A stretch of DNA of 64,000 nt, taken from the NCBI GenBank assembly GCA_963674705.1, contig OY771506.1, forward strand, positions 1,056,001-1,120,000. Reading direction: 5' to 3'. Under the pieces are notes generated by a model. That model was given only the letters and a program-made list of their open reading frames with translations. It ran no database searches and was not told the DNA's origin. The DNA is from Phycisphaeraceae bacterium. GTDB taxonomy: Bacteria; Planctomycetota; Phycisphaerae; Phycisphaerales; Phycisphaeraceae. The translations under genes and the position numbers were made by a program. Every line of letters begins with the position of its first letter. The stretch's first letter is position 1. Positions 48,486 to 59,007 of the stretch are shown piece after piece.

Positions 48486-49547
48486 ATGTCCGACCAGCAA
48501 GATGCAAACCCCCCAGCTTCACAAGAACTGATCGATCAGGTCCAAACAGCATCCGCCCAGCTCCGTGAAGAGATCGCCAAAGCGGTCGTCGGCCAGGATG
48601 AAGTCGTTGAGCAGGTCCTGCTCTGCCTCTTCACACGCGGCCACGCCCTGCTCGTCGGCGTGCCCGGACTGGCAAAGACGCTGCTCGTTTCGACCGTTGC
48701 TCAGACGCTGCACCTGTCCTTCAATCGGATTCAGTTCACGCCGGACCTGATGCCCTCCGATATCACCGGCACGGAAGTGATCGAAGAGAATCGTGACACG
48801 GGTCGGCGAGAATTGCGTTTCGTCAAAGGCCCGGTCTTCGCCAACGTCCTGCTGGCTGACGAGATCAACCGCACGCCCCCCAAGACCCAGGCTGCCCTGC
48901 TCGAAGCGATGCAGGAGCATCATGTCACCGCCGGCGGTATCCGCCACGATATCCCCCAGCCGTTCTTCGTCCTGGCAACCCAGAACCCGATCGAGCAGGA
49001 AGGCACCTACCCGTTGCCTGAAGCACAGCTCGACCGATTCATGTTCATGATCCGAGTCGGATACCCGACTGAAGATCACGAACTGGATATCGTCAGGCGC
49101 ACAACAGGTCGGCATAAGGTTGAGGTCAACGCGGTCCTAGATGCGGAAAAGGTCCAGCAGGTCCAGGAACTGGTGCGCGATGTGCCGATCGCGGAGCACG
49201 TGATGCGCTACGCCCTACGTCTGGTACGCGCAACCCGTCGACCAAAACGTGGCGAAGAAGATCATCGTCCTGACTTCATGCAGCAATATCTCAGTTGGGG
49301 CGCAGGCCCGCGTGCCAGCCAGCACCTGATCCTCGGCGCCAAGGCCCGTGCGATTTTGAAAGGCCGAACACACGCGACGCCGGAAGACATCCAGGCTGTT
49401 GCAGCGCCGGTGCTACGCCATCGACTCATCCTCAACTTCAACGCCGAAGCCGACAACATCTCGACCGACGAACTGATCGAACGCCTGATCGAAACGACCA
49501 TTGTTGGTGGAGCCGCCGATCCGCAGGCCGAGCAGGTGTTGCGCTGA
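48486..49547 (+). CDS. moxR: MoxR-family AAA+ ATPase
   Basis: GVPGLAKT, RIQFTPDLMPSD, LADEINR, ATQNPIEQEGTYPLPEAQLDRF. Confidence 0.96.
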   Translation: MSDQQDANPPASQELIDQVQTASAQLREEIAKAVVGQDEVVEQVLLCLFTRGHALLVGVPGLAKTLLVSTVAQTLHLSFNRIQFTPDLMPSDITGTEVIEENRDTGRRELRFVKGPVFANVLLADEINRTPPKTQAALLEAMQEHHVTAGGIRHDIPQPFFVLATQNPIEQEGTYPLPEAQLDRFMFMIRVGYPTEDHELDIVRRTTGRHKVEVNAVLDAEKVQQVQELVRDVPIAEHVMRYALRLVRATRRPKRGEEDHRPDFMQQYLSWGAGPRASQHLILGAKARAILKGRTHATPEDIQAVAAPVLRHRLILNFNAEADNISTDELIERLIETTIVGGAADPQAEQVLR

Positions 49548-49591
49548 CGTGACTGTTTACAGAAAATACCGCCGTTGAATACGTATTGCTT

Positions 49592-50596
49592 ATGCAGCCA
49601 GCGACTTCGCACAACTATCTTGATCCACGCACGCTCGCAGCGATCGGGCCAATCGAGTTGCGCGCTCGCATGATCGTTGAAGGCATGATGACCGGCATGC
49701 ACCGCTCGCCTATGGAAGGCGTCAGCGTCGAGTTTGCCCAACACCGTCAGTACACGCCCGGCGACGATACGCGTTTCCTCGATTGGAAAGTCTACGGCAA
49801 GACAGACAAGCTGTACCTCAAGCAATATCAGAAGGAAACCAATCTCGACATGGTCGTGCTTGTCGATGGTTCCGGATCGATGCGCTACTCTTCGACACGC
49901 GGCCTGATTGCAAGCGGCGCGCCCCGCTCAGAGAAAGGACTCACGTGGACCAAGTACGACCACGCCGCCAGCCTCGCCGCGGCCATGTGTCACATCGCAC
50001 TAAGGCAACAGGACCGCGCTTCGGTTGTCCTCTTTGATAACTCGATCAGAACCGCTACACGTTTGAGTAATTCGCACGGCCATTGGAAGTCGATCGTCGA
50101 AGCTCTCGGGTCTGTGGAATCGCTTCAGGAAGATGACGCGGGGCAAACCTACGCGTCAGACCCACAAGCCCCCGGCCGAACCAACCTTGGACGTGTGTTT
50201 GATGAATCGGTTGCCCGTTTGAACCGCAGGTCTCTGGTGATTCTGATCAGCGACCTGTTTGATGATCTGCAAACGATCGAGCGCGGCCTGGCTCGCTTCA
50301 GGTTCCATCAGCATGATGTGATTGTCCTGCAGACGATGGACCCGGCTGAACTTGAGTTCCCCTTTACCGGATCATCCCAGTTCATTGGGTTGGAAGCAGA
50401 AGGCAGGCTGAATCTTGATCCTAAGGCGCTGCGTAAAGCCTACCTAGAGGTACTCCAACAACACCTTGACGCTGTTGAGGCGCTGACCCGACGGTTCCAG
50501 TTCGATTACATGCTGCTTGATACCGGTGATCCGTTGGGGCCGGCTCTTAGTCACTTTATGGCCAAACGTGGATCAACCATCGGCAAACGTTCATGA
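49592..50596 (+). CDS. DUF58 (VWA-like) protein
   Basis: GMHRS, EFAQHRQYTPGDD, DWKVYGK, DGSGSM, ISDL. Confidence 0.93.
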   Translation: MQPATSHNYLDPRTLAAIGPIELRARMIVEGMMTGMHRSPMEGVSVEFAQHRQYTPGDDTRFLDWKVYGKTDKLYLKQYQKETNLDMVVLVDGSGSMRYSSTRGLIASGAPRSEKGLTWTKYDHAASLAAAMCHIALRQQDRASVVLFDNSIRTATRLSNSHGHWKSIVEALGSVESLQEDDAGQTYASDPQAPGRTNLGRVFDESVARLNRRSLVILISDLFDDLQTIERGLARFRFHQHDVIVLQTMDPAELEFPFTGSSQFIGLEAEGRLNLDPKALRKAYLEVLQQHLDAVEALTRRFQFDYMLLDTGDPLGPALSHFMAKRGSTIGKRS

Positions 50597-52989
50597 TGCT
50601 CTACCTCGCCCAGGTTATTGCTCCCTTTATCAGCCCGGCGCTCGCCTGGGCTGGCTTGGCGATGGTCTCGATACCCATAGCGATCCACCTGCTCTCGCGC
50701 TGGCGGCGTCGGCCACAGCCGTGGGGCGCAATGCGATTCCTGCTCGAAGCCTATCGCAAGCAAAAGCAGCGCATGCGATTCGAACAATGGCTGCTTCTAT
50801 TGCTGCGCTGCTTGATCGTGTTGCTTCTGGGTTTGGCGCTCGCCAGACCTCTATTGGCAGGTGTCTTAGGTGCATTGTTCGGCAATCTGGATAGCCGAGG
50901 GCGCGTCATCAACCTTGTGTTTGACAATGCCATGTCTCTACAGGCCGGTGCGGATTCCGGCCAACAACGTTTCAACGAACTCATAGATTCTGCAGAACAA
51001 GTGATCGATCACCTTGATCCCGGTGATCGTGTCACGCTTTGGTATGCCGGTAGGCCTGCACAGCCAATCATTGCCGAACCATCGCGCGATCATCAAGCGT
51101 TGCGTTCGGCATTGGCATCTCTACACCCGGGCTACGGCCGATCTGATGTTCCCGGCGCATTAAAACTTATCGAAGAAGCAAAACAAAACCAGCAGGATCT
51201 ATCCTCGCGATCGGTGACTTTTGTTTTTTCTGACTTAGTTCGGTCGGCAAACTACATCAACGAAACACCGGCGGTCGCAAGCAATCGAATAAGCGGATCG
51301 GATCAGTTGGTTATCTCCCGACCGATGCTTCCTCTGGACAATTATCAGGTGTCTTCCATTACGCCGCGCCGCCGCGTGGTATGGGTCGGTGGTATTACAG
51401 ATAGCAGTGTGCCTGTAGAGGTCAAAGTCACACGGTTCTCAGACGACCTGCCGGAAAAGTCAGTCAACCTGTTGCTCGATCTGATCGATTCGCAAGGTAG
51501 AAGCCTTTCTTCCATCCGTCGACAAATCACATTTGTGAACGGCCAAAATCAAGCGACACTCGGCATCGACCTTCCGGTTAATGCATCATCAGCCAGGCTT
51601 GATCCGCAAGGCGGCACGCTACTAACCATCCGAGCGAAGCTGGAGATGCCGGCGGACAATCTGGAAGCGGATAACCAGGCGATGTCCGCGGTGGAATTAC
51701 GTCAGCGAATGCGCGTCGCTGTTGTGGATGAACCCGCAGGCACACTTAACGGCCAACACCATGGGTTAAACCCCGGCCAATGGATCTCACTTGCGCTGAA
51801 TCCACAAATCATCAACACAACGGCTTCAATCGAAGTGCTACAGATCACGCCTTCCGATCTGAATAATCCGGATACGCTAAGCGATATCGACGCGCTGCTG
51901 CTGCTTCGGCCCGATCGCGTTGTGCGCCCCGCCTGGCCGGCGCTGAAGACATTTGTGGATGATGGCGGACTGCTTTGGGTGTTTACGCCGCCGGATGAAG
52001 GCTCCGCCCCCTGGGTGAGTCAGTTGGTGGATGAGTTTGAGCCCGGATGGCGTATCGGCCTGGAACCGGTAGTATTGGATGAGACTTCAGAAGGTCTGCC
52101 TTTAACTGCAAGACCCATCGTTGCCGAACCGTTAGAAAGACTGGCCGCGGATTGGCAACTCATTGTCCGCCCGGTTCGCGTATTTAATTATTTACCACTG
52201 AATACAGATGAAAGCGATTCGTGGTTGACCTTTACTCCGGAGGTCGACGATTCAAATCAAGTCAGCAATCAAAATGTCTTGTTGGCGCATCAACGTGTCG
52301 GCTTGGGTTCACTCATGCTGTTATCCACGGCCGTGGATACGCAGTGGACAAACTTGCCGACTAAGCCGCTGTTCGTTCCGCTTATTCATGAAACGCTGCA
52401 TGGCGTATTGGGGACGCGTGATCGGCCCGGCGTGGTGAATGCCGTTGCGGGCGATCAGCCGGTGTTGGGGCCCGCGTGGAACGGCGCAACATCATTACAT
52501 CGCTTGAATCTCAGCGACGATGTATGGAGCATTGAAGCGGATAATGCGCAGACAGATCAAACACCTGTACTAAAAACAGATGAATCGGGTGTGACACTTT
52601 CCGATTCAATCGATTCGCCCGGCGTATACTTTGCCGACTCGGACCTCGGCCCACGCAGGTTAATCGCGAACCCGGACGCGGTGGCTGGTGATCTGCGAGC
52701 GATCAATGAAGAACAACTTTCCGGCTGGTTGAACAGCCTGGGTGACTGGCGTTGGTTGGATGAAGAGAATCCCGGCTCATCTTTAGCTCAAACACAAGAG
52801 ACGGCCGACATCGGTTGGGTATTGCTCTGGATCGTTCTTGCACTTGTGCTGCTCGAATCCCTGATAGCAAGACTGTTCAGCCATGCCGGCGCGGGGCGCA
52901 GTACGTCACTTAGCGCAAAGCTATTGCGTTCAGCGATCCGTTTACGTAGCGGCGACCACTCGGAAAGCAACAGCGGGAGGGCCGCCTGA
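50593..52989 (+). CDS. BatA-type double-TM + VWA domain membrane protein
   Basis: PIAIHLL...AMRFL...LLRCL...ARP; DNAMS degenerate MIDAS; GGLLWVF; TNLP; C-terminal TM. Confidence 0.85.
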   Translation: MMLYLAQVIAPFISPALAWAGLAMVSIPIAIHLLSRWRRRPQPWGAMRFLLEAYRKQKQRMRFEQWLLLLLRCLIVLLLGLALARPLLAGVLGALFGNLDSRGRVINLVFDNAMSLQAGADSGQQRFNELIDSAEQVIDHLDPGDRVTLWYAGRPAQPIIAEPSRDHQALRSALASLHPGYGRSDVPGALKLIEEAKQNQQDLSSRSVTFVFSDLVRSANYINETPAVASNRISGSDQLVISRPMLPLDNYQVSSITPRRRVVWVGGITDSSVPVEVKVTRFSDDLPEKSVNLLLDLIDSQGRSLSSIRRQITFVNGQNQATLGIDLPVNASSARLDPQGGTLLTIRAKLEMPADNLEADNQAMSAVELRQRMRVAVVDEPAGTLNGQHHGLNPGQWISLALNPQIINTTASIEVLQITPSDLNNPDTLSDIDALLLLRPDRVVRPAWPALKTFVDDGGLLWVFTPPDEGSAPWVSQLVDEFEPGWRIGLEPVVLDETSEGLPLTARPIVAEPLERLAADWQLIVRPVRVFNYLPLNTDESDSWLTFTPEVDDSNQVSNQNVLLAHQRVGLGSLMLLSTAVDTQWTNLPTKPLFVPLIHETLHGVLGTRDRPGVVNAVAGDQPVLGPAWNGATSLHRLNLSDDVWSIEADNAQTDQTPVLKTDESGVTLSDSIDSPGVYFADSDLGPRRLIANPDAVAGDLRAINEEQLSGWLNSLGDWRWLDEENPGSSLAQTQETADIGWVLLWIVLALVLLESLIARLFSHAGAGRSTSLSAKLLRSAIRLRSGDHSESNSGRAA

Positions 52990-55400
52990 TGACCCTCACG
53001 CTCACGACAACGACTATTGCACAAAGCGGTCCGCTGCTTGACCGGCTGCTTGGATTAAGCGAATTGAGTTGGTCGGATCCAAATGCCAACCTCGGTTTTG
53101 AATACATGTTGCCGGCCTGGGCATGGACGCTGATTGTATTGGCCGCGTTCGGATTTGCTTGCTTGTGTTACCGGCATCTGCTCGGCCCCCGCTTCTTACG
53201 GATCGCGCTGGCTATGGTCCGTACGCTCACGATCCTGCTGCTCGCGGCATTGCTGGCCGGACCCACGCTTGTTTTACCGCAAGAGAACATCGAGCAGGAC
53301 TGGCTTCTCGTGATGCTGGATCGCAGCGCATCGATGAATATGCGTGACGTCTTCGACGCTGATACTGACAACGTGATCAGCCGGGAACAGAGCATGATCG
53401 AAGCGTTGCAACAACAAGCGGCGGTCTTCGGCGATCAAGGACTCGGCAAAGATCGTCGGGTGGTCTGGCTCGGGTTTGGTGGCTCTGCCTATGAAGTGAA
53501 TTCACCGTTCTCTAACGCCGGGTTGGATGCAGCCGATGCGCAAGCAACCTTGATCCGTACTTCCATCGATCAGGCTTTGAGATTGCCGTCCGGCAAACCG
53601 ATCAGCAGTATCGTTCTTATCACTGATGGACAAACCCCTCAAGACACAGGCCAGGACCTGACCCAGCGCCTACAGCAGCAAGGCATACCTGTTTTTACCA
53701 TACCACTTGGTGCGGCGCAACCACCCTTGGACCTGGCAATCACCCAGGCCGATGGTCCGCTGCGCGCATTTGTGGGCGATACCGCCCCGGTCAGTGTCAG
53801 CATCGAACAACTCGGCGGCGATCCGATTGATCCGTCTCAAATCGTCGTCACACTCACCGATGAAGCCGACGGCCGGGTACTGGATGAAGCAACACTGGAT
53901 GAAGCACCACCCGGCGAACCCTTAAAATTGGCGGGCAAATCCGAGTCAGTCGGTGTGGCACGTTGGCGCGTGGAAGTAAAACACGAACCACCCGCGGGGA
54001 CTGCCCCGATACGTGAATTGGTCACAGACAACAATGCACGCGTGGTTGAAATCGACGTGATCGATCGGCCGATCCGCGTGTTGTATGTCGATGGTTATCC
54101 ACGCTGGGAATTCCGCTACCTCAAGAATCTATTGATCCGAGAAAAATCCATCAGTGCAAGCACGTATCTGATCAGCGCCGACCGCTCGTTCGCGCAAGAA
54201 GGTGACATCCCGATTACGCGTATGCCAAACTCGGCGGAAGAGTTTGATACCTACGATGTGATCATCCTCGGCGATGTTCCGCCCTCCTTCTTTCAGACGG
54301 GCCAGTTAACACTGATGCGGGATCACGTCTCCGTCGGCGGCGCGGGGATTTTGTGGATCGGCGGCCAGACCTATATGCCACAGCAATATGCGGGATCGCC
54401 CTTGGCCGACCTGCTTCCGATGCGTCGCCCGGCTGATGTCTCGCGTTTCGGATTAGCGTCCAGTAGTTTCCATCTTCAGCCTACTTCCGCAGCCCGTTCA
54501 TTAAACGTACTGCAACTGCGAGGCATCGACAACAGCACCGATAGCGAAACAGTCTGGTCAACCGAGTTACCTGCGATCCGATGGGTACAGGACCTTGGCA
54601 CACTAAAACCGACGGCGGAGGTCTTGGCCGAGCTTGTATCCAACGAACAAAGCGATCAACATGTGCCCGGCCTGGTTATGCTCCGCTACGGCGCGGGCCA
54701 GAGCCTGTACATCGCTACCGATGAATCCTGGCGCTGGCGCTACGGCCGTGGCGACTGGTACTTCCAGCAGCATTGGGTGCCGTTGATCCGCATGCTCGGA
54801 CGGGCGCGCGTTCAAGCGGACAGTGATCGTGTGTTGTTCAGCGTCTCGCACCGTGCGGTTACCGTGCGTCAGCCGGTTGTGATCGAGCTGGAACTCGCAG
54901 ACGCCTCATTGATCAACCGTGGTCTGTCACAGATCGAGGTCACAGCCAGATCATCTTCGGATCCGACAGGCTTGCCTATAGATACCTTAACGTTGCTGCC
55001 GGTTTCAGAAAATGAATCAGCCGGTCCAAACACCATTCAACGTGCAGGTTTCCGCGCGGTTTGGCGGCCTTCCTCAGTTGGAAACTTTATGTTATCGGTG
55101 TCGGACCCTGCACTGGCGGACCTCGGACTTGTCAGGGCGTTGCGCGTTTCGGCCACCGACGATGAAGCGTCCAACCCGCGAGCAGACCATGCCCGCCTCA
55201 ACGCGCTGGCCGAGCAAACCAACGGTGCGGTCATACCTCTCGACGATTTAAATCGGTTGATCAATCTGGTTCCCAACCGGGCAAGGATCACCGAGACGGA
55301 TATCCGTGAACCTTTGTGGGATTCGATTCTGTCGTTGATTTTACTCGGAACATTGCTGGCAATGGAATGGATCGTCCGCCGAGCAATCCGTTTGGCTTGA
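52989..55400 (+). CDS. VWA + glutamine-amidotransferase-like domain membrane protein
   Basis: N-terminal TMs; DRSASM, ITDG; RVLYVDGYPRWEFRYLKN; YDVIILGD; WRWR; C-terminal TM ending EWIVRR. Confidence 0.82.
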   Translation: MTLTLTTTTIAQSGPLLDRLLGLSELSWSDPNANLGFEYMLPAWAWTLIVLAAFGFACLCYRHLLGPRFLRIALAMVRTLTILLLAALLAGPTLVLPQENIEQDWLLVMLDRSASMNMRDVFDADTDNVISREQSMIEALQQQAAVFGDQGLGKDRRVVWLGFGGSAYEVNSPFSNAGLDAADAQATLIRTSIDQALRLPSGKPISSIVLITDGQTPQDTGQDLTQRLQQQGIPVFTIPLGAAQPPLDLAITQADGPLRAFVGDTAPVSVSIEQLGGDPIDPSQIVVTLTDEADGRVLDEATLDEAPPGEPLKLAGKSESVGVARWRVEVKHEPPAGTAPIRELVTDNNARVVEIDVIDRPIRVLYVDGYPRWEFRYLKNLLIREKSISASTYLISADRSFAQEGDIPITRMPNSAEEFDTYDVIILGDVPPSFFQTGQLTLMRDHVSVGGAGILWIGGQTYMPQQYAGSPLADLLPMRRPADVSRFGLASSSFHLQPTSAARSLNVLQLRGIDNSTDSETVWSTELPAIRWVQDLGTLKPTAEVLAELVSNEQSDQHVPGLVMLRYGAGQSLYIATDESWRWRYGRGDWYFQQHWVPLIRMLGRARVQADSDRVLFSVSHRAVTVRQPVVIELELADASLINRGLSQIEVTARSSSDPTGLPIDTLTLLPVSENESAGPNTIQRAGFRAVWRPSSVGNFMLSVSDPALADLGLVRALRVSATDDEASNPRADHARLNALAEQTNGAVIPLDDLNRLINLVPNRARITETDIREPLWDSILSLILLGTLLAMEWIVRRAIRLA

Positions 55401-55434
55401 TGCCTAGAATTGGCCAAAGACCGTAAACCTACGT

Positions 55435-58400
55435 ATGCATGACGCAGCCAGACAACTCGAACAGGTAAGATCGCGGGCACGGCTGTGGCTGCTGGTGTTG
55501 CACCTGCTTCAATTCGCTGCGGTACTGGCGCCGGTGATGCTGATTCTGGCGCTGATTGATTTGGCGTTGAATCTGCCGGGTTGGTTACGGCTTCTGATCG
55601 GGTTGTTTGTCCTGATCGAAAGTTGCTATTGGCTTTTAACACGTCTGTACCGTGCCGTCTCATTCAAGCCGAGGCTGGGTGATCTGGCTCTGCGAGCCGA
55701 GCGCATCTACCCTCAACTCGCCGGCGTTTTTGCCAGCAGCGTTGAACTGCAAACCCAGTCAGCATCCGACCCATCCGCCATCGGCCCACATCAAAAAGCG
55801 CTCGTTGATCTCACGCTCAACAAAGCCCAACAAATGATGTATGGCGTGCGTCTGTCTCGATTAATCGATTTATCGCATGTTGCACGCTGGTTTGTCATGG
55901 CGATGTTGGCGGTGTTTATCATTGCTGCCGCGGTAGTCTACGCGCCGGCAACAAGCAGAACCGCGATGGCCCGCTGGTTCGCACCGCTCGGTTCCACGCA
56001 ATGGCCCAAGCGCGTTTTGCTTGTGGATGCGACCATATCAAAAGTCTGCCCGGTCGATGCACCGGTCCGGCTCATGACTCACGTTCAGCGCGGACACAAA
56101 CCCGGTATGCGCGTCTGGGTGAGTTACCGTCTGACGGATGCGCAAGGCCAGGCCGGTGACTGGCAACGTGTGCTGATGACGCAGCAGCGCGTCAATGAGC
56201 AAGTGCAAGATGTCGGTTCTTTCTATGAGCGTATGATTGATCTGCCTCCCACGGTTATTCATTCGATCAGCAGCCAGCCAGGCGGCGCCGCTGAACTCGA
56301 ATACACATTCACCGCGGGGGATGGCCAGACAACCAGCGAGCGCATCACACTCATTGCCCGCCCCGCTGTCACCGCCCTGCATGCCACGATCGACCCACCG
56401 GTCTATGCAGCAGGTTTGATCAGCTCTCAGACCGTTGCCCTGCATGAACAAAGCGGCCAGATCGCAACCGCATCGGCAGTGATCGGTTCACCGGTTCGGT
56501 TTGAAGTCTTATTGAACAAGCCCGTCTCGATAACGAACATAGATTTGCCTGCTGTTCTCCCGGGGCTTATTGATGCGATCGGCAACGAAAATGTCGCGCT
56601 GCAAACAACCTCAGCCGCCGATGAAGACAAACTTAGTAATCGTTTCACCGTGTCATTTACCTTAACCAGCACGTTCAATACACGCGTTCACTTAATCGAT
56701 GAATACAGCCTGGAGAACCTTTCTCAACGCCGATATCGCATCGAGGCCGTCGAAGACAGCCCGCCCTCGGTTTCCATTACCGAACCGATCGCGGATGAAC
56801 CCGTACTTGCCACGGCGATCATCGATCTTGCCGCATCGGCGCAGGATGACATCGGCCTGGAGCATCTTGAACTGACCGGCTTGATCAGACATCGCGACAA
56901 AGATGGCAAGACGGTCGAAACATCATTACCCAATCCCGCCGAGCAAAGCGGCCGGCAACCAACGCTTGAAGCACGGGCAATAATCGACCTGTCGATGTTG
57001 TCCCTGAATGCCGGCGATGCCCTGTTGTTTGAAGCGGTTGCGCGTGATGTCTATGAGTTGAATGACAATCGCCACGATCCGGTCCGCTCCATGCCACGGA
57101 CCCTGCGCATCATCGATGAGCCAGCCCTGGTAGCGCAAATCCGGGGCGAATTGGCGGGCTTACGCCAACAGGTTGTTCGCTTGGAACAGACACAACAACG
57201 CATCCAATCCGAGCAACCGCCATCGGTCACACTCCCGCAGCAACAGCAGATCACCCAGCGTCTCGATGCCCAGTCTGCTTTGTTAGATCGTCTTGAACAG
57301 CGCATCGATCGCAATCGACTGGAAGATCAGCCGATGCGTGAATTGCTGCGCCAGGCAGACGACCTTGTCCGCCAAGCACGCAATCAATCCTCGAACGCCA
57401 CGGCAAACCTCCAGCAGGCGGATGAGAATCCCGAGCAGACCGAAGCTCTGGAAGAGCAGGCGCACGAAGATCAGGAAGCGGTGCGTGAAACATTGTCTGA
57501 GCTTGCCAACCTGCTCGATCAAGGCAGGGATGTGCTGACGCTGCAGTTACAACTCAAACAGCTCAAGACCCAGCAGGAGTCGATCGCTACTGACACACGC
57601 GAGTTGCTGCCGCGCACAATCGGCCAGGACCCCGAACAGTTGAACGATGAAGACCGCCAGCGCCTTGAAGACCTTCGAAAAAGGCAGGAAGAACTTGCCG
57701 ATCAGGCTGATGATCTCACCCGCCAGATGCAGATGACCGCCGACAATCTCGCACGCCAGGGTGAACGCGATCAAGACCTCGCCGCCGCTGAGGCACTTGC
57801 CGAAGCCGCCGCAATCGGCGAGCGCCAGGGTTTGAATGACACGATGGACCAAGCCTCTCAGTCCATGCAGCGCAATCAACTTTCACAGTCTGGTCAACAA
57901 CAGGAAGCCGCGCTCAACACCATCGACAAAATGCTCGCCGAAGTCGGCAACCAGGAACAACGTCGTCAGGCTATTCTTCGACGAAGACTTCAGGAACTGT
58001 CCGCCTTGTTGCGCAAACTCATCGAGCGACAGAATACGCACGCCGAGATACTCGAAAAGGCCGCCGCCGATCAGGTCGTGGTGCTCGAGCCGGGCCAGGT
58101 CGCGATCCGCCGATCGACGATGGGCGCTCAGCAGCAGGCCGGCGCTTCGAATGAAACAGAAAAAGTGGCGTCACAACTTGAACAAGCGGTCAGCGAGCAG
58201 GGATCGGCCGTAGGTTCACTGCGTCAAGGTGAAGCCCCGCCGGCACATGCTGCGGAAGTTCAAGCGATCGAGCACCTGACCGCCGCGCTCGAAGAGTTGA
58301 ACAAGATCACCCAAGACAACGCAGCCGAACAGGCGCGTGAACAACGCCAACAACTCCGCGAGGCTTATCTGAAGTATGCCGAGCTGCAGGAGGCATTGCG

Positions 58401-59007
58401 AGGCTCGGTTAGCGAAACGGTCGATCAAGGCCCGCTTGATCGTCAACGTCGTGCTGCGCTGGTTGGGTTATCCACTAAGCAAACAGAACTGCAGCAGCAG
58501 GTAGCTGAAACAGGTGAACAGGTCATTGATTCGCTCGTGTTCCATCACATGCACGAGCAGATCGAAAGTACATCAAGCCGAGTCGTTTCCAATCTTCAGC
58601 GCGGCATTGGTGACCAGGCGGTACAGTTGGATCAGCAAACGATCGCCACAACCCTGCGCGCGATGGCCGAGGCGCTTAAGGTAGACCCGAAAAACAGCCA
58701 GTTTGCCGATAACTCCGGTGGAGGCGGAGGGGGCGGTGGCGGGGGAGATCAACAGCAAGGCGATAATCCCGCAGTTCCCCCGATTGCCGAATTAAAACTG
58801 ATTCACGGCCTGCAAAACCTTGTCTACGATCAAACGAAACAGATTGAGAATTCACGCAGCACGCTGTCTGAAGAGCCGATTAAACAAAGGATGCTTGAAG
58901 TCTCTACTCAGCAACGAGAACTCTCGGTGCTCGGTGAACGTCTGATAGAACAGATGCAACAACAGAACCAGCCCGGTATGCAAACACCAGAGGAAAACCC
59001 CTCGTGA
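55435..59007 (+). CDS. DUF4175-like membrane-anchored protein with long coiled-coil
   Basis: Three N-terminal TMs, Ig-like region (PPVYA, DSPPSV, AQDDIGL), about 600 aa Q/E/L-rich coiled-coil. Confidence 0.72.
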   Translation: MHDAARQLEQVRSRARLWLLVLHLLQFAAVLAPVMLILALIDLALNLPGWLRLLIGLFVLIESCYWLLTRLYRAVSFKPRLGDLALRAERIYPQLAGVFASSVELQTQSASDPSAIGPHQKALVDLTLNKAQQMMYGVRLSRLIDLSHVARWFVMAMLAVFIIAAAVVYAPATSRTAMARWFAPLGSTQWPKRVLLVDATISKVCPVDAPVRLMTHVQRGHKPGMRVWVSYRLTDAQGQAGDWQRVLMTQQRVNEQVQDVGSFYERMIDLPPTVIHSISSQPGGAAELEYTFTAGDGQTTSERITLIARPAVTALHATIDPPVYAAGLISSQTVALHEQSGQIATASAVIGSPVRFEVLLNKPVSITNIDLPAVLPGLIDAIGNENVALQTTSAADEDKLSNRFTVSFTLTSTFNTRVHLIDEYSLENLSQRRYRIEAVEDSPPSVSITEPIADEPVLATAIIDLAASAQDDIGLEHLELTGLIRHRDKDGKTVETSLPNPAEQSGRQPTLEARAIIDLSMLSLNAGDALLFEAVARDVYELNDNRHDPVRSMPRTLRIIDEPALVAQIRGELAGLRQQVVRLEQTQQRIQSEQPPSVTLPQQQQITQRLDAQSALLDRLEQRIDRNRLEDQPMRELLRQADDLVRQARNQSSNATANLQQADENPEQTEALEEQAHEDQEAVRETLSELANLLDQGRDVLTLQLQLKQLKTQQESIATDTRELLPRTIGQDPEQLNDEDRQRLEDLRKRQEELADQADDLTRQMQMTADNLARQGERDQDLAAAEALAEAAAIGERQGLNDTMDQASQSMQRNQLSQSGQQQEAALNTIDKMLAEVGNQEQRRQAILRRRLQELSALLRKLIERQNTHAEILEKAAADQVVVLEPGQVAIRRSTMGAQQQAGASNETEKVASQLEQAVSEQGSAVGSLRQGEAPPAHAAEVQAIEHLTAALEELNKITQDNAAEQAREQRQQLREAYLKYAELQEALRGSVSETVDQGPLDRQRRAALVGLSTKQTELQQQVAETGEQVIDSLVFHHMHEQIESTSSRVVSNLQRGIGDQAVQLDQQTIATTLRAMAEALKVDPKNSQFADNSGGGGGGGGGGDQQQGDNPAVPPIAELKLIHGLQNLVYDQTKQIENSRSTLSEEPIKQRMLEVSTQQRELSVLGERLIEQMQQQNQPGMQTPEENPS

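Noticed and set aside
58716..58760. Poly-Gly/Gln coding repeats (also 16120-16152)
   Set aside because: Ordinary low-complexity linkers with mixed codons
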